A stretch of DNA of 64,000 nt from Gammaproteobacteria bacterium (GTDB lineage Bacteria > Pseudomonadota > Gammaproteobacteria > CAJXQU01). Position 1 is the stretch's first letter. Every line of letters starts with the position of its first letter. Where the stretch lies: contig CBDEGZ010000003.1 of the NCBI GenBank assembly GCA_965238175.1, forward strand, positions 1,984,001 to 2,048,000. The letters are read 5' to 3'. This document shows, one piece after another, positions 49,322 to 60,401 of the stretch. The notes below the pieces were generated by a model that saw only the letters and a program-made list of their open reading frames with translations, did not search any database and was not told where the DNA came from. Both the position numbers and the translations under genes were made by a program.

Positions 49322-51990
49322 TCTTTGACGGAAATATTCTCTGTGTTTAGAGCAGAGAGAAGTGTATTTTCAAGGCATTCAAATTTGAGTGGATCTGTAA
49401 TCGGTTTGTTTTTCAAATCGGTTAAATAAAATATATCTTCTACACGTTCACCATAGGTTGCAACTTTAGCATTTTGCAAACGTACGCCACAAAAAGCCAT
49501 AGCCATTCCAATTAATGCCAGGATGCCAGGTTGATCAACAGCGGTAACTTCCATAACGGTACGTTGATTTTTTTGATCTTCACTAAAAGAAACTGTAGCG
49601 GGGTAATTAAAGCTGCGTAATTGACGTGGTTGCATACGCTCAATTTGGCTGAGTACTGGCTGAGGTGCTGAAAGGTATTCTTTTAGTGTCTTAATTATCT
49701 GCTCAGCACGTTTGTTGTTATTGATGGGCTTGTTTGTTGCAGCTTCTAACACGATGTAGGTATCAAGGTTATAACAACCATCTTTAGTTGTGAAAACGCG
49801 CGCATCAACCACGGTTAATCCCATCTGATCCATCGAGTGAGTCATTGCTGCGAACAAGCTATCTGTATCATGACAATAAATAAAAATTTCTGTACCACCG
49901 CGGCGTGTTTCTTGTCTGATTTTGATCAAGGGTAGATCTTCATCTTTGAGATCAATGATAGATTCTGTTTCCCAGGCAATTTCATCTGTTGAGTGTCGAA
50001 GAAAATAGTCATCACTAAGGTTTCCCCAAATGCTTCTAAGTTGTTTAATTTTTTCTTGTTCATTTGTCATCATCGTCAATACCTGGGCTTTTGCATGAGC
50101 GATGCGTTCTTCTTCTTCTATTGGGTTTTCAACGCCTCTTCGAAGTGTTTGAAGTGTTTTGCGATAAAGTTCCTTTAGTAGGGAATCTTTCCAGCTATTC
50201 CACAGATCTGGATCTGTTCCGCGAATATCGGCGACAGTAAGCAGATAGAGATAATCTAGATGGGTTTTGTCTCCAATTAGTTTTGCAAATTCAATAATTA
50301 TTTCTGGATCAGATAAATCTGTTTTTTGTGCAGTAACTGACATTTTCAGATGATGTTTAACCAACCAGGCGACCAGGTTTGTATCATAAGTGCCAAGGCC
50401 ATGGTGAATACAAAATTCTGTTGCATCTATGGCACCTAGTTTTGCATGATCTCCACCACGACCTTTTGCGATGTCATGGAATAACCCGGCTAGAAAAAGC
50501 AACTCTGGTTTTGGAATTTCACGATAAGCTTGAGCACAAACCGGAAGTTTTTCGACGCTTTCTTTTTGATCATAACGACGTAGATTGCGTACGACTTTGA
50601 GAGTGTGCTCATCTACTGTATAGACGTGAAATAGATCAAATTGCATTTGACCTGTTATTGCCTCAAAAGCGGGTAAGTAGGCACCTAAAACACCATAACG
50701 TTGCATGCGTTGTAGTTCGTGTCCAAGCCGTTTTGGTTGACGTATGATCTCCATAAACAGACTGCGTGCTCGAATGTCATTTCGAAATTCATCATCGATT
50801 AAATATAGATGATCTCTTATCGCACGTATTGTTTTTGAACGAACACCTTGTATGCCTGGATTTTGTTGTATGAGGAGAAAAATTTCGAGTAGCGCAAAAG
50901 GTGATCGCTTAAATACATTAGAGCGAGTGATTTTTATATAATCATTACGGATCTGAAATCGTTTGTTAACAGGAGTGATGGAAAAATCTTTTGGATTTTC
51001 AAGTAATGCTTCTTTGAAGAAACCTAACAACATTTCATTTAACTGACTGAGCTCAGTGATGGTTCGGTAGTAGAGCTTCATAAAGCCTTCAATCGCATGA
51101 TTTTTTTTGTCATCTATAAAACCAAATTGTACAGCGACTTTTTTTTGAGACTCAAACAGTAAACGATCTTCACGTCGGCCAGCAAGAAGGTGGAGAATAT
51201 AGCGAACTCGCCAAAGAAAATTTTGCCCTGCATTCAATGTTTGGTATTCATTTTCGGTTAAAAAATCATGGTGGACTAATTCTTCAAGTGTATCGGCTCC
51301 AAAATATCGTTTCACAACCCAGCCGATCATTTGTATGTCTCGTAAGCCCCCGAGGCCTTCTTTTACATTGGGTTCTAAATTATGAGCAGTATCTGCAAAT
51401 TTTTTGTGTCGTGCGATTTGCTCTTTAAACTTATCTTCGAAGAAATCTTTGTTAGACCAGATTTGATCGGGTCCTGTGGCCTTTTTCGTTGCTTTAAAAA
51501 TATCCAAACTACCAACTAATAAACGCGCTTCCATTAAATTAGTCGCGATGGAGATATCTTTTTTACCTTCTTCGGCACACTCAGCTACTGTGCGTACACT
51601 GAGTCCAACTTCGAGACCAATATCCCAAAGGAAGGTTACGAAAGCGGAAAGGATCTCATTGGTGGCAGCGTCAGGTTCTTGCTCAAAAATAATAGCGAGA
51701 TCAATATCTGAGCCGGGGTGTAATTCAGCGCGACCATAACCACCCACCGCCACCAGACTGAAACTTTTTTGATCAAGTTTATAATGTTCCCAGGCAATAG
51801 TGAGTAGTTGATCAATAAGGTTGGCCCGCTGCCTTACGAGTTGAACGACGGGAACATCAAGTTCAAATCGATACTTTAAGGTTTCGTTTCCTTCTTTGAG
51901 CGCCGATTTAAAAAGCGGAGTAGCATGAGTTGCGTTTTTTAAAGATTGTCGAAACTGTTTTCCATCGAAGAGTTCAAGATCTTGATTCAT
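49318..51990 (-). CDS. glnD: [Protein-PII] uridylyltransferase
   Basis: AVGGYGR..LHPGSDID, EPNVKEG.GGLRD, HDIAKGRGGDH, two ACT domains. Confidence 0.97.
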   Translation of the reverse strand: MNQDLELFDGKQFRQSLKNATHATPLFKSALKEGNETLKYRFELDVPVVQLVRQRANLIDQLLTIAWEHYKLDQKSFSLVAVGGYGRAELHPGSDIDLAIIFEQEPDAATNEILSAFVTFLWDIGLEVGLSVRTVAECAEEGKKDISIATNLMEARLLVGSLDIFKATKKATGPDQIWSNKDFFEDKFKEQIARHKKFADTAHNLEPNVKEGLGGLRDIQMIGWVVKRYFGADTLEELVHHDFLTENEYQTLNAGQNFLWRVRYILHLLAGRREDRLLFESQKKVAVQFGFIDDKKNHAIEGFMKLYYRTITELSQLNEMLLGFFKEALLENPKDFSITPVNKRFQIRNDYIKITRSNVFKRSPFALLEIFLLIQQNPGIQGVRSKTIRAIRDHLYLIDDEFRNDIRARSLFMEIIRQPKRLGHELQRMQRYGVLGAYLPAFEAITGQMQFDLFHVYTVDEHTLKVVRNLRRYDQKESVEKLPVCAQAYREIPKPELLFLAGLFHDIAKGRGGDHAKLGAIDATEFCIHHGLGTYDTNLVAWLVKHHLKMSVTAQKTDLSDPEIIIEFAKLIGDKTHLDYLYLLTVADIRGTDPDLWNSWKDSLLKELYRKTLQTLRRGVENPIEEEERIAHAKAQVLTMMTNEQEKIKQLRSIWGNLSDDYFLRHSTDEIAWETESIIDLKDEDLPLIKIRQETRRGGTEIFIYCHDTDSLFAAMTHSMDQMGLTVVDARVFTTKDGCYNLDTYIVLEAATNKPINNNKRAEQIIKTLKEYLSAPQPVLSQIERMQPRQLRSFNYPATVSFSEDQKNQRTVMEVTAVDQPGILALIGMAMAFCGVRLQNAKVATYGERVEDIFYLTDLKNKPITDPLKFECLENTLLSALNTENISVKE

Positions 51991-52027
51991 CGGTTTGCAA
52001 AGACACGTGATAAATCAGAAGGTGAGA

Positions 52028-52807
52028 TCAAAATGTTTCGTCAGGGCGTTTTGTTAATACTTCAACACCAGAATTTGTTACTGCCAGTGTGTGTTCCCAC
52101 TGAGCGGACATTTTTCTATCTTTTGTCACAACTGTCCAACCATCTGGTAATGTCGAAACATGGCGTTTACCGAGATTGATCATTGGCTCAATCGTGAAAG
52201 TCATACCCTCTTCAAGAATGAGTCCAGTACCGGCTTCACCGTAATGAAGTACCTGAGGTTCTTCATGAAAGACGCGACCAATACCGTGGCCGCAGTACTC
52301 TCTGACTGCGGAACAATTATTTTTCTCGGCATAGACTTGAATAGCATGGCCTATGTCGCCAAGTGTGGTTCCGGGTTTAACCAGATCAATTCCAATCAGT
52401 AAACAATCGCGGCTGATTTCACAGACTCTTTGTCGTGCCAGGATCGGTTTGCCAACGTTAAACATTTTGCTGGTATCACCATGGAATTCATCTTTGATCA
52501 CTGTTATATCAATATTGACAATATCACCGTCTTTGAGTTTCCGATCGTTTGGAATACCATGGCAGACAACATGATTTACTGAGGTGCAAATTGATTTAGG
52601 GAAACCACGATAATTCAGTGGTGCAGGGATCACTTTTTGTTCATTGACCATGTAGTCGTGACAAATTTGATCCAACTCATTTGTGGCCACTCCAGGTTGG
52701 ACATGAGGAGCGATCATTTCCAGTACGTCGGCCGCCAGTTTGCCAGCCGCACGCATTTTTTCGATTTCTTTAGGGGTTTTAATGGTCACAGACACGGTTT
52801 CCGCCAT
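52028..52807 (-). CDS. map: Type I methionine aminopeptidase
   Basis: CHGIP, HGDTS, GHGIG..FHEEP, TIEPM, SAQWEHT. Confidence 0.97.
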   Translation of the reverse strand: MAETVSVTIKTPKEIEKMRAAGKLAADVLEMIAPHVQPGVATNELDQICHDYMVNEQKVIPAPLNYRGFPKSICTSVNHVVCHGIPNDRKLKDGDIVNIDITVIKDEFHGDTSKMFNVGKPILARQRVCEISRDCLLIGIDLVKPGTTLGDIGHAIQVYAEKNNCSAVREYCGHGIGRVFHEEPQVLHYGEAGTGLILEEGMTFTIEPMINLGKRHVSTLPDGWTVVTKDRKMSAQWEHTLAVTNSGVEVLTKRPDETF

Positions 52808-52924
52808 TTCTAATTGTCGTTATAAAGGTTCTATGTTATAAATGCGCGGCTTGATAAGCAACAAATCTTTTTGATATTGTTTGCCGATTCAAGTATAGCG
52901 CTACATAACAGTAGCAACTACGAG

Positions 52925-53036
52925 CATACACCAAACTGTTCGCTGGGGTGCCCAGAATAAAGCACTATATAAAGTAACTACGTTATATAGTCAATTCTAG
53001 AGGTCGGCGACAGGGCGTATGTGAAGTCTTAACCCT
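52925..53036 (+). promoter_or_regulatory. rpsB leader RNA (S2 autoregulatory element, t44-like)
   Basis: GCATAC..GGGGTGCCC..GGTCGG..GTATGTG..TTAACCC upstream of rpsB. Confidence 0.65.
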
Positions 53037-53051
53037 GACAGGAGAATTCTA

Positions 53052-53861
53052 ATGGCAGACGTAAGTATGCGCCAAATGCTAGAAGCTGGCGTTCATTTCG
53101 GGCATCAGACCCGATATTGGCATCCAAAAATGGCCCCTTATATATTTGGGGATCGTAACAAAATCCATATCATCAACTTGGAAGAAACACTTCCAAGATT
53201 CAACGACGCAATGAATTTTATCGGCAAGATTGCTTCTAAAAAAGGTAATGTCCTTTTTGTTGGCACAAAACGATCTGCTCAGATTGTGATTAAAGAAGAA
53301 GCTGAACGTTGTGGTATGCCTTATGTTAACCGGCGTTGGCTTGGTGGAATGCTGACTAACTATAAAACGGTTAAGCAATCTATCAATCGTCTTAAAACCC
53401 TCCAAGAGATGCAAGAAAACGGCACGCTTGATCGTCGTACAAAAAAAGAAAAGTTGATGCTAACTCGCGAAATGGACAAGCTTGAAAATAATATTGGTGG
53501 TATCAAGGATATGAGAGGTATCCCAGATGTTATGTTTGTTATTGATGTTGGTCATGAAAAAATTGCAATTGCAGAAGCCAATAAGTTGGGCATCCCTGTT
53601 GTTGCCGTTGTTGATACTAACTGTGAGCCAAAGGGTGTTGACTATGTTATCCCGGGTAATGACGATGCGATAAGTGCGATCAAACTTTACATGGCAGCAG
53701 CAGCAGATTCTATTTTAGATGGTCGGCAAGTTATCCCAACAGCTTCTACACAAGGAACAGGCGAGTATATTGAAGTCGCTGCAGCTAAGGTTGAAGATAA
53801 AGCACCAGAGCCTGCTGAAGAAGCGGCTGAAAGTGCTACGGCTGACAAAGCAGATAAATAA
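53052..53861 (+). CDS. rpsB: 30S ribosomal protein S2
   Basis: [30 protein letters not shown]. Confidence 0.98.
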   Translation: MADVSMRQMLEAGVHFGHQTRYWHPKMAPYIFGDRNKIHIINLEETLPRFNDAMNFIGKIASKKGNVLFVGTKRSAQIVIKEEAERCGMPYVNRRWLGGMLTNYKTVKQSINRLKTLQEMQENGTLDRRTKKEKLMLTREMDKLENNIGGIKDMRGIPDVMFVIDVGHEKIAIAEANKLGIPVVAVVDTNCEPKGVDYVIPGNDDAISAIKLYMAAAADSILDGRQVIPTASTQGTGEYIEVAAAKVEDKAPEPAEEAAESATADKADK

Positions 53862-53904
53862 GTCTGAAATAGAAAGTCTTGGAATTTAGAAAGAGGTAAT
53901 CAAA

Positions 53905-54795
53905 ATGCAGATAACTGCTGCGATGGTTAAAGAACTACGCGAGCTCACTGGAGCTGGTATGATGGAATGTAAGAAAGCGCTGACGGAATGTGATGGTAAT
54001 CTTGACGATGCTATCGAAATGATGCGCAAAGCGGGTACTGCAAAGGCGGCTAAAAAGTCTGGTCGAATTGCGGCCGAAGGTCAAATTAAAATTGCAATCT
54101 CTGAGTGCGGCAAAAAAGCGGCAATAGTTGAAGTGAATGCAGAAACTGATTTTGCGACAAAATCGGACGATTTTGTCAATTTTGCGGACAAAGTAACACA
54201 GTGTGTGTTGACAAATGAGCCTGTAGATATTGATGCGTTAAATGAACTTCCACTTGAAGGTGGTGGTGATGCCGTATTATTAAGTCGTGATCATTTAGTT
54301 GCAAAGATTGGTGAAAACATCAACGTGCGTCGTTTCACTATTATTTCTACAAATGGGCAGTTAGGTTCTTATTTACACGGTGCTCGAATCGGTGCTGTAG
54401 TTGAACTTGCTGGTGGAGATGAAAATTTAGCTAAAGACGTTGCAATGCATATTGCAGCTACTCGTCCTGTTTCTATTAGCGAAGATGAGGTTCCTGCAGA
54501 ATTGTTGGAAAAAGAGAAAGATATTTTTATGGCACAAGCTGCCGAAAGTGGTAAACCACCAGAAATTATTGAGAAAATGATCACCGGACGAATGAAGAAA
54601 TTTGTCGCTGAAATTACGCTTACAGGTCAACCTTTTGTTAAAGATCCTGACCAAACTGTTGGTTCCTTGCTGTCTGCAGCGAATGCAAGTGTTAGTTCAT
54701 TTACCTGTTACGAGGTGGGTGAAGGTATTGAGAAGAAACAGGAAGATTTTGCAGCTGAAGTAGAAGCGCAAGCTCAAGCGGCAAAAAAAGCTTAA
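53905..54795 (+). CDS. tsf: Elongation factor Ts
   Basis: VKELRELTGAGMMECKKAL, ETDF. Confidence 0.98.
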   Translation: MQITAAMVKELRELTGAGMMECKKALTECDGNLDDAIEMMRKAGTAKAAKKSGRIAAEGQIKIAISECGKKAAIVEVNAETDFATKSDDFVNFADKVTQCVLTNEPVDIDALNELPLEGGGDAVLLSRDHLVAKIGENINVRRFTIISTNGQLGSYLHGARIGAVVELAGGDENLAKDVAMHIAATRPVSISEDEVPAELLEKEKDIFMAQAAESGKPPEIIEKMITGRMKKFVAEITLTGQPFVKDPDQTVGSLLSAANASVSSFTCYEVGEGIEKKQEDFAAEVEAQAQAAKKA

Positions 54796-54811
54796 CCGAA
54801 CTAACTTATAA

Positions 54812-55564
<753 letters not shown>

Positions 55565-55601
55565 GTGTAACCTGGTCAGAAAAAACATCGGGAGATAGAG
55601 G

Positions 55602-56159
55602 ATGATAAAAGAAATTATTAAAGATGCTGATATTCGCATGAATAAAAGTATTGAGTCATTGAAGCTTGAACTGGCTAAGATAAGAACCGGCAGGGCCCAT
55701 CCTTCTCTGCTCGATCATATCACTGTTGAATACTATGGATCACAGGTTCCACTGAGTCAGGTGGCAAATATAAACGTACAGGATTCTCGTACATTGAGCC
55801 TAACTCCGTGGGAAAAACCAATGGTGTCCGAAGTGGAAAAGGCGATTATGAATTCTGATCTTGGTCTTAACCCTTCAACGGCCGGCGAAATCATACGTAT
55901 CCCTTTGCCTCCCTTAACCGAGGAACGTCGTAAAGATTTGATCAAGGTGGTCAGAAGTGAAGGTGAGCAGACTAAAGTGGCACTACGAAATATTCGCCGA
56001 GATGCAAATAGCACCTTTAAAGAGCTCTTAAAAGAAAAAGAGATCAGCGAAGATGATGAACGTAAAGGTGAGGAACAGGTTCAAAAAGTTATCGACACAA
56101 ACTCAAAGAAGATCGATGAGTTGCTTGTTGAAAAAGAAAAAGAGTTGATGGAAATTTAA
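55602..56159 (+). CDS. frr: Ribosome recycling factor
   Basis: [25 protein letters not shown]. Confidence 0.98.
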   Translation: MIKEIIKDADIRMNKSIESLKLELAKIRTGRAHPSLLDHITVEYYGSQVPLSQVANINVQDSRTLSLTPWEKPMVSEVEKAIMNSDLGLNPSTAGEIIRIPLPPLTEERRKDLIKVVRSEGEQTKVALRNIRRDANSTFKELLKEKEISEDDERKGEEQVQKVIDTNSKKIDELLVEKEKELMEI

Positions 56160-56215
56160 CATTAATCAATCTCTAATCAGCCGTAAACCCAGCTTAAAAC
56201 TAGCATAAAAAAATT

Positions 56216-56941
56216 ATGACAGATTCATTGCCACAACATGTTGCCATCATTATGGATGGTAATGGACGCTGGGCAAAAAACAGAAAACTTCCACGAATAG
56301 CTGGTCACCGATCAGGTGTAGAAACCGTCAGAAAAATCGTCCGTTCTTGTGCAAAGCAAGGGATTGATGTTTTAACACTTTTTGCATTCAGTAGTGAAAA
56401 TTGGAAACGCCCTAAACGTGAAGTAAACTTATTAATGCAGCTCTTTGTCAGAGCGCTTCAACAAGAAGTAGATAGTCTCAATAATAATAATGTCAGACTC
56501 AGAGTGATTGGAGATTTGACTGCATTACCACCAAAGTTGCAAAAACTAATTTCAAATGCGCAAGCTGTGACAAAAGATAACACGGGTTTGACATTGGTCA
56601 TCGCAGCAAATTATGGAGGCCGCTGGGATATGACACAGGCTATGCAGCAGCTTGCCGAAATGGTCTCTGATGGAAAACTGAAATCTGGTGAAATTACCCC
56701 AGAATTAATTCAACAATATCTTTGTATTAGTGATCTCCCTGAGCCGGATTTGTTTATCAGAACCGGAGGAGAACAGCGGATTAGTAATTATCTACTTTGG
56801 CAACTGGCGTATACAGAATTGTATTTCACTGAAAAACTTTGGCCCGAGTTTAGCGAGGACAATTTTTTGGAAGCGCTTAGTTCATTTTCTGGTCGACAAC
56901 GTCGTTTTGGTCGAACTGCTGAACAGGTAGAAAATGCTTAA
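56216..56941 (+). CDS. uppS: Undecaprenyl diphosphate synthase
   Basis: IMDGNGRWA, FSSENWKRP, RTGGEQRISN. Confidence 0.97.
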   Translation: MTDSLPQHVAIIMDGNGRWAKNRKLPRIAGHRSGVETVRKIVRSCAKQGIDVLTLFAFSSENWKRPKREVNLLMQLFVRALQQEVDSLNNNNVRLRVIGDLTALPPKLQKLISNAQAVTKDNTGLTLVIAANYGGRWDMTQAMQQLAEMVSDGKLKSGEITPELIQQYLCISDLPEPDLFIRTGGEQRISNYLLWQLAYTELYFTEKLWPEFSEDNFLEALSSFSGRQRRFGRTAEQVENA

Positions 56942-57758
56942 ACAGAGAGTGTTGACAGCACTTTTTTTGGCGCCATGTGTTTTGGGTTCAATCTACTTTT
57001 TATCGACAACGGCTGTTGCGGTTATTTTAGGCTTAATTATTTTGATCGGTGCTTGGGAATGGGTGGGACTTTCCGGTTTTGACAGTATACAAATAAAAGT
57101 GGCTTACATATCTGTAATGGCTATTTTAATGATTTTTTGTTACCCATTAATTACAACATCACTGCTTATTATTTTCTTATCAATAGCTTGTCTCTGGTGG
57201 TTTTTTTGCTTATTGGTCATTATCTCATCTCAGATGAAAGAAGTACTGCCAAGTCAGAATAAGCATTTATTTTTACTTATTGGGTTATTGATTCTTATTC
57301 CGTCGTGGATGAGTCTGTTATATCTGCACGGACATCCATCTCTTGGGTCTGAGTGGGTGCTCTTTTTGTTAGTTTTAATCTGGACGGCTGATATTGGAGC
57401 GTATTTTGCTGGACGAACATTAGGACGTCGAAAATTAGCCGATAAAATTAGTCCTGGGAAAAGTTGGGAAGGAGTGATTGGTGGTCTTGTAGCGGTATTG
57501 ATCATGAGCCTGCTTTTATTGCCATATTTAATTTCTACGGAAGAAATTCCGACAATTTTGATTTTGTTGTGTCTAATAACCGTTATGTTCTCAGTTTTAG
57601 GAGATTTAGCCGAAAGTGTTGTGAAGCGTATTGCTGGGAAAAAGGACAGTGGACATATCTTACCTGGACACGGCGGAGTGATGGATAGAATAGATAGCTT
57701 AACTGCCGCATCGCCGATATTTACTACGGGAATAATTTTATCAGCTTATGTTTCATAG
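56934..57758 (+). CDS. cdsA: Phosphatidate cytidylyltransferase
   Basis: SPGKSWEG, KDSG..LPGHGGVMDRIDS. Confidence 0.96.
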   Translation: MLKQRVLTALFLAPCVLGSIYFLSTTAVAVILGLIILIGAWEWVGLSGFDSIQIKVAYISVMAILMIFCYPLITTSLLIIFLSIACLWWFFCLLVIISSQMKEVLPSQNKHLFLLIGLLILIPSWMSLLYLHGHPSLGSEWVLFLLVLIWTADIGAYFAGRTLGRRKLADKISPGKSWEGVIGGLVAVLIMSLLLLPYLISTEEIPTILILLCLITVMFSVLGDLAESVVKRIAGKKDSGHILPGHGGVMDRIDSLTAASPIFTTGIILSAYVS

Positions 57759-57772
57759 TTGTGTGACATAGA

Positions 57773-58963
57773 ATGATAGGTGTAACCATTCTTGGTTCAA
57801 CGGGTACCATTGGTGTTAATACACTAGATGTGATCAGCCGTCATCAAAGCGACTTCTGTGTAATCTCACTCACAGCAAATAAGAATGTTGATGATCTTTT
57901 TGATCAATGTGAAAAGTGGCAACCCCTTTACGCGGTTATGGCGGATGAAGACAGTGCTGAAAAACTTCGAGAGAGGATGAAAGCAGTTTCTTTTCAGATA
58001 GAAGTTCTTGCTGGCATTCAGGGTTTAGAACAAGTTGCATCAATGCAAAAAACTGATTATGTGATGGCTGGAATTGTCGGTGCAGCTGGTTTACTTCCAA
58101 CACTTGCTGCGGCAAATGCGGGTAAACGCGTCATGCTAGCCAATAAAGAAGCATTGGTAATGTCAGGAAAGTTGTTTATGGATGCTGCTAGAGATAATCA
58201 AGCACAGATCTTACCTATAGACAGTGAACACAATGCAATTTTCCAAAGTATGCCTTGGGATTATTCTGACCAAGGCTCGCAGGTATTATCTGATATAGGT
58301 GTGAATAAGATCTTACTGACGGCTTCAGGTGGCCCTTTTCGTAAGATGTCGATTTCTGATCTTGAATCTGTCACACCAGCACAAGCAATAGCCCATCCAA
58401 ATTGGGTGATGGGTCAAAAAATCTCGGTTGATTCAGCAACGATGATGAATAAGGGTCTGGAGATCATTGAGGCCTGTTGGTTATTCAGTACGGACACTAC
58501 GAATATTGAGGTTGTTATACATCCACAAAGCGTTATTCATTCTATGGTGCAATACAACGACGGATCTGTACTGGCGCAGTTAGGTAATCCTGATATGAGA
58601 ACACCTATTGCCTATGCACTCTCGTGGCCGAACAGAATTGATGCCGGTGTTGAAGATCTCGATTTGTTTGATATTGCGAAGTTGGAGTTTGAGCGACCAG
58701 ATCCTGACCGTTTTCCGTGTTTGCGTCTTGCTAATGAGGCGATAAATGCGGGAGGCACTCAAACGGCAATATTAAATGCAGCCAATGAAATAGCGGTAGA
58801 ATCATTTTTATCAGGCGATCTGAAATTTTCCGCTATTCCAGCGGTCATAGAGGAGACCCTTTCGAGTGTTGCGGGAAGATCTGCGGACTCGATTAGCGTT
58901 ATACTAGACGCAGATAAAAATGCCCGTGAGCATGCAAAAGAATTGGTTAAATTAAAGCTCTAA
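57773..58963 (+). CDS. dxr: 1-deoxy-D-xylulose-5-phosphate reductoisomerase
   Basis: LGSTGTIG, LANKE, PIDSEH, NKGLE. Confidence 0.97.
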   Translation: MIGVTILGSTGTIGVNTLDVISRHQSDFCVISLTANKNVDDLFDQCEKWQPLYAVMADEDSAEKLRERMKAVSFQIEVLAGIQGLEQVASMQKTDYVMAGIVGAAGLLPTLAAANAGKRVMLANKEALVMSGKLFMDAARDNQAQILPIDSEHNAIFQSMPWDYSDQGSQVLSDIGVNKILLTASGGPFRKMSISDLESVTPAQAIAHPNWVMGQKISVDSATMMNKGLEIIEACWLFSTDTTNIEVVIHPQSVIHSMVQYNDGSVLAQLGNPDMRTPIAYALSWPNRIDAGVEDLDLFDIAKLEFERPDPDRFPCLRLANEAINAGGTQTAILNAANEIAVESFLSGDLKFSAIPAVIEETLSSVAGRSADSISVILDADKNAREHAKELVKLKL

Positions 58964-59013
58964 ATAAAATCATTGTGATCACGAATAGTAACTATTAAAA
59001 GGAACCTATAGAT

Positions 59014-60375
59014 ATGGAAATATTGCAGAATATTCTGGCATTCATCCTCGCTATAGCAATCTTAGTGACGATCCATGAGTTCGGTCATTTTTGGGTTGCA
59101 AAAAAACTTGGAATCAAAATTTTGCGTTTTTCTGTTGGTTTCGGTAAACCATTATGGTCAAAACGTTACGGAGAGGATAATACAGAATTTACCATTGCTA
59201 CTATTCCACTTGGCGGTTACGTTAAAATGCTGGATGAACGTGAAGGTGCTGTTGCTCCTTATCAAAGACACAGAGCATTTAACACTCAACCAGTGCTTAA
59301 TCGAATTGCTGTAGTTATTGCAGGTCCGTTGTTCAATTTCATTTTTGCTATCTTTGCCTACTGGATGGTGTTTGTGATCGGGGTTTCTGGTGCAAAACCA
59401 TTAATTGGTGAAGTTAAAGAAAATACACCTGCTGCGATAGCTGGAATTGAATCAGATTACGAAATTCTGGCTGTCGAAGGTGACAGAACACCAACCTGGT
59501 CAGCATTTGTACAGAAGTGTATTAATAAGATTGTCGATGGAGAGACGTTTGATCTCTTGATCAAAGACCAGCATGGTTATGAAAAAACCTTACAGATGGA
59601 TTTGTCTTCGATCCAGATCGATGATTTATCAAAAGGTAACTTACTTAACCGACTCGGTTTTAGTCCAAAAAGATTCCCTCTAGCTCCGGTTATTGCTCAA
59701 GTTGTATCAAACAGTGCGGCAGAGAAAGCTGGGGTTAAATCTGGTGATAAGATTATTTCTGCTGATGGAGCTCCGATTGGGACATGGATGGACTGGGTAA
59801 GGTATGTTCAAGCTAGACCTGGCATAGAGATCAAGACGGAGATCCTTCGTGATCAGCAACAATTGTTTTTGCAATTAACACCTGTTCGGTTTGAACAAGA
59901 TGATAAAACTGTAGGCCGAATCGGTGCAACTGTTCAATTTGAAAAGTTAGACGCTGATTTTGTTGGCGTAGATAAATACGCTCCTATGGCAGCATTTATG
60001 CATGGTATTAAGAAAACTTGGGAAATGTCAGGCTTAACATTGAAACTAATGGGCAAGATGATAATGGGTGAGGCATCTGTTAAAAATCTGAGCGGACCAA
60101 TCAGTATCGCTCAGTATGCGGGACAATCGGCAACGATCGGGCTAACCGCTTTCCTTTCGTTTTTAGCGATTGTCAGTGTCAGTCTGGGTGTGCTTAATTT
60201 GTTGCCTATTCCGATCCTTGATGGTGGGCATTTACTTTATTATCTTGTCGAATTACTGATTGGAAAACCAGTTTCAGAATCCGTACAAGTGGTTGGACAG
60301 AACATTGGAATAGTCCTACTGGTCGCAATGATGAGCGTTGCCTTTTATAATGACCTCGCTCGAATATTCTCCTGA
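59014..60375 (+). CDS. rseP: RIP metalloprotease
   Basis: HEFGH, two PDZ domains, NLLPIPILDGG. Confidence 0.96.
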   Translation: MEILQNILAFILAIAILVTIHEFGHFWVAKKLGIKILRFSVGFGKPLWSKRYGEDNTEFTIATIPLGGYVKMLDEREGAVAPYQRHRAFNTQPVLNRIAVVIAGPLFNFIFAIFAYWMVFVIGVSGAKPLIGEVKENTPAAIAGIESDYEILAVEGDRTPTWSAFVQKCINKIVDGETFDLLIKDQHGYEKTLQMDLSSIQIDDLSKGNLLNRLGFSPKRFPLAPVIAQVVSNSAAEKAGVKSGDKIISADGAPIGTWMDWVRYVQARPGIEIKTEILRDQQQLFLQLTPVRFEQDDKTVGRIGATVQFEKLDADFVGVDKYAPMAAFMHGIKKTWEMSGLTLKLMGKMIMGEASVKNLSGPISIAQYAGQSATIGLTAFLSFLAIVSVSLGVLNLLPIPILDGGHLLYYLVELLIGKPVSESVQVVGQNIGIVLLVAMMSVAFYNDLARIFS

Positions 60376-60401
60376 AGCAAAGGACAAGAAACACACTTTT
60401 T

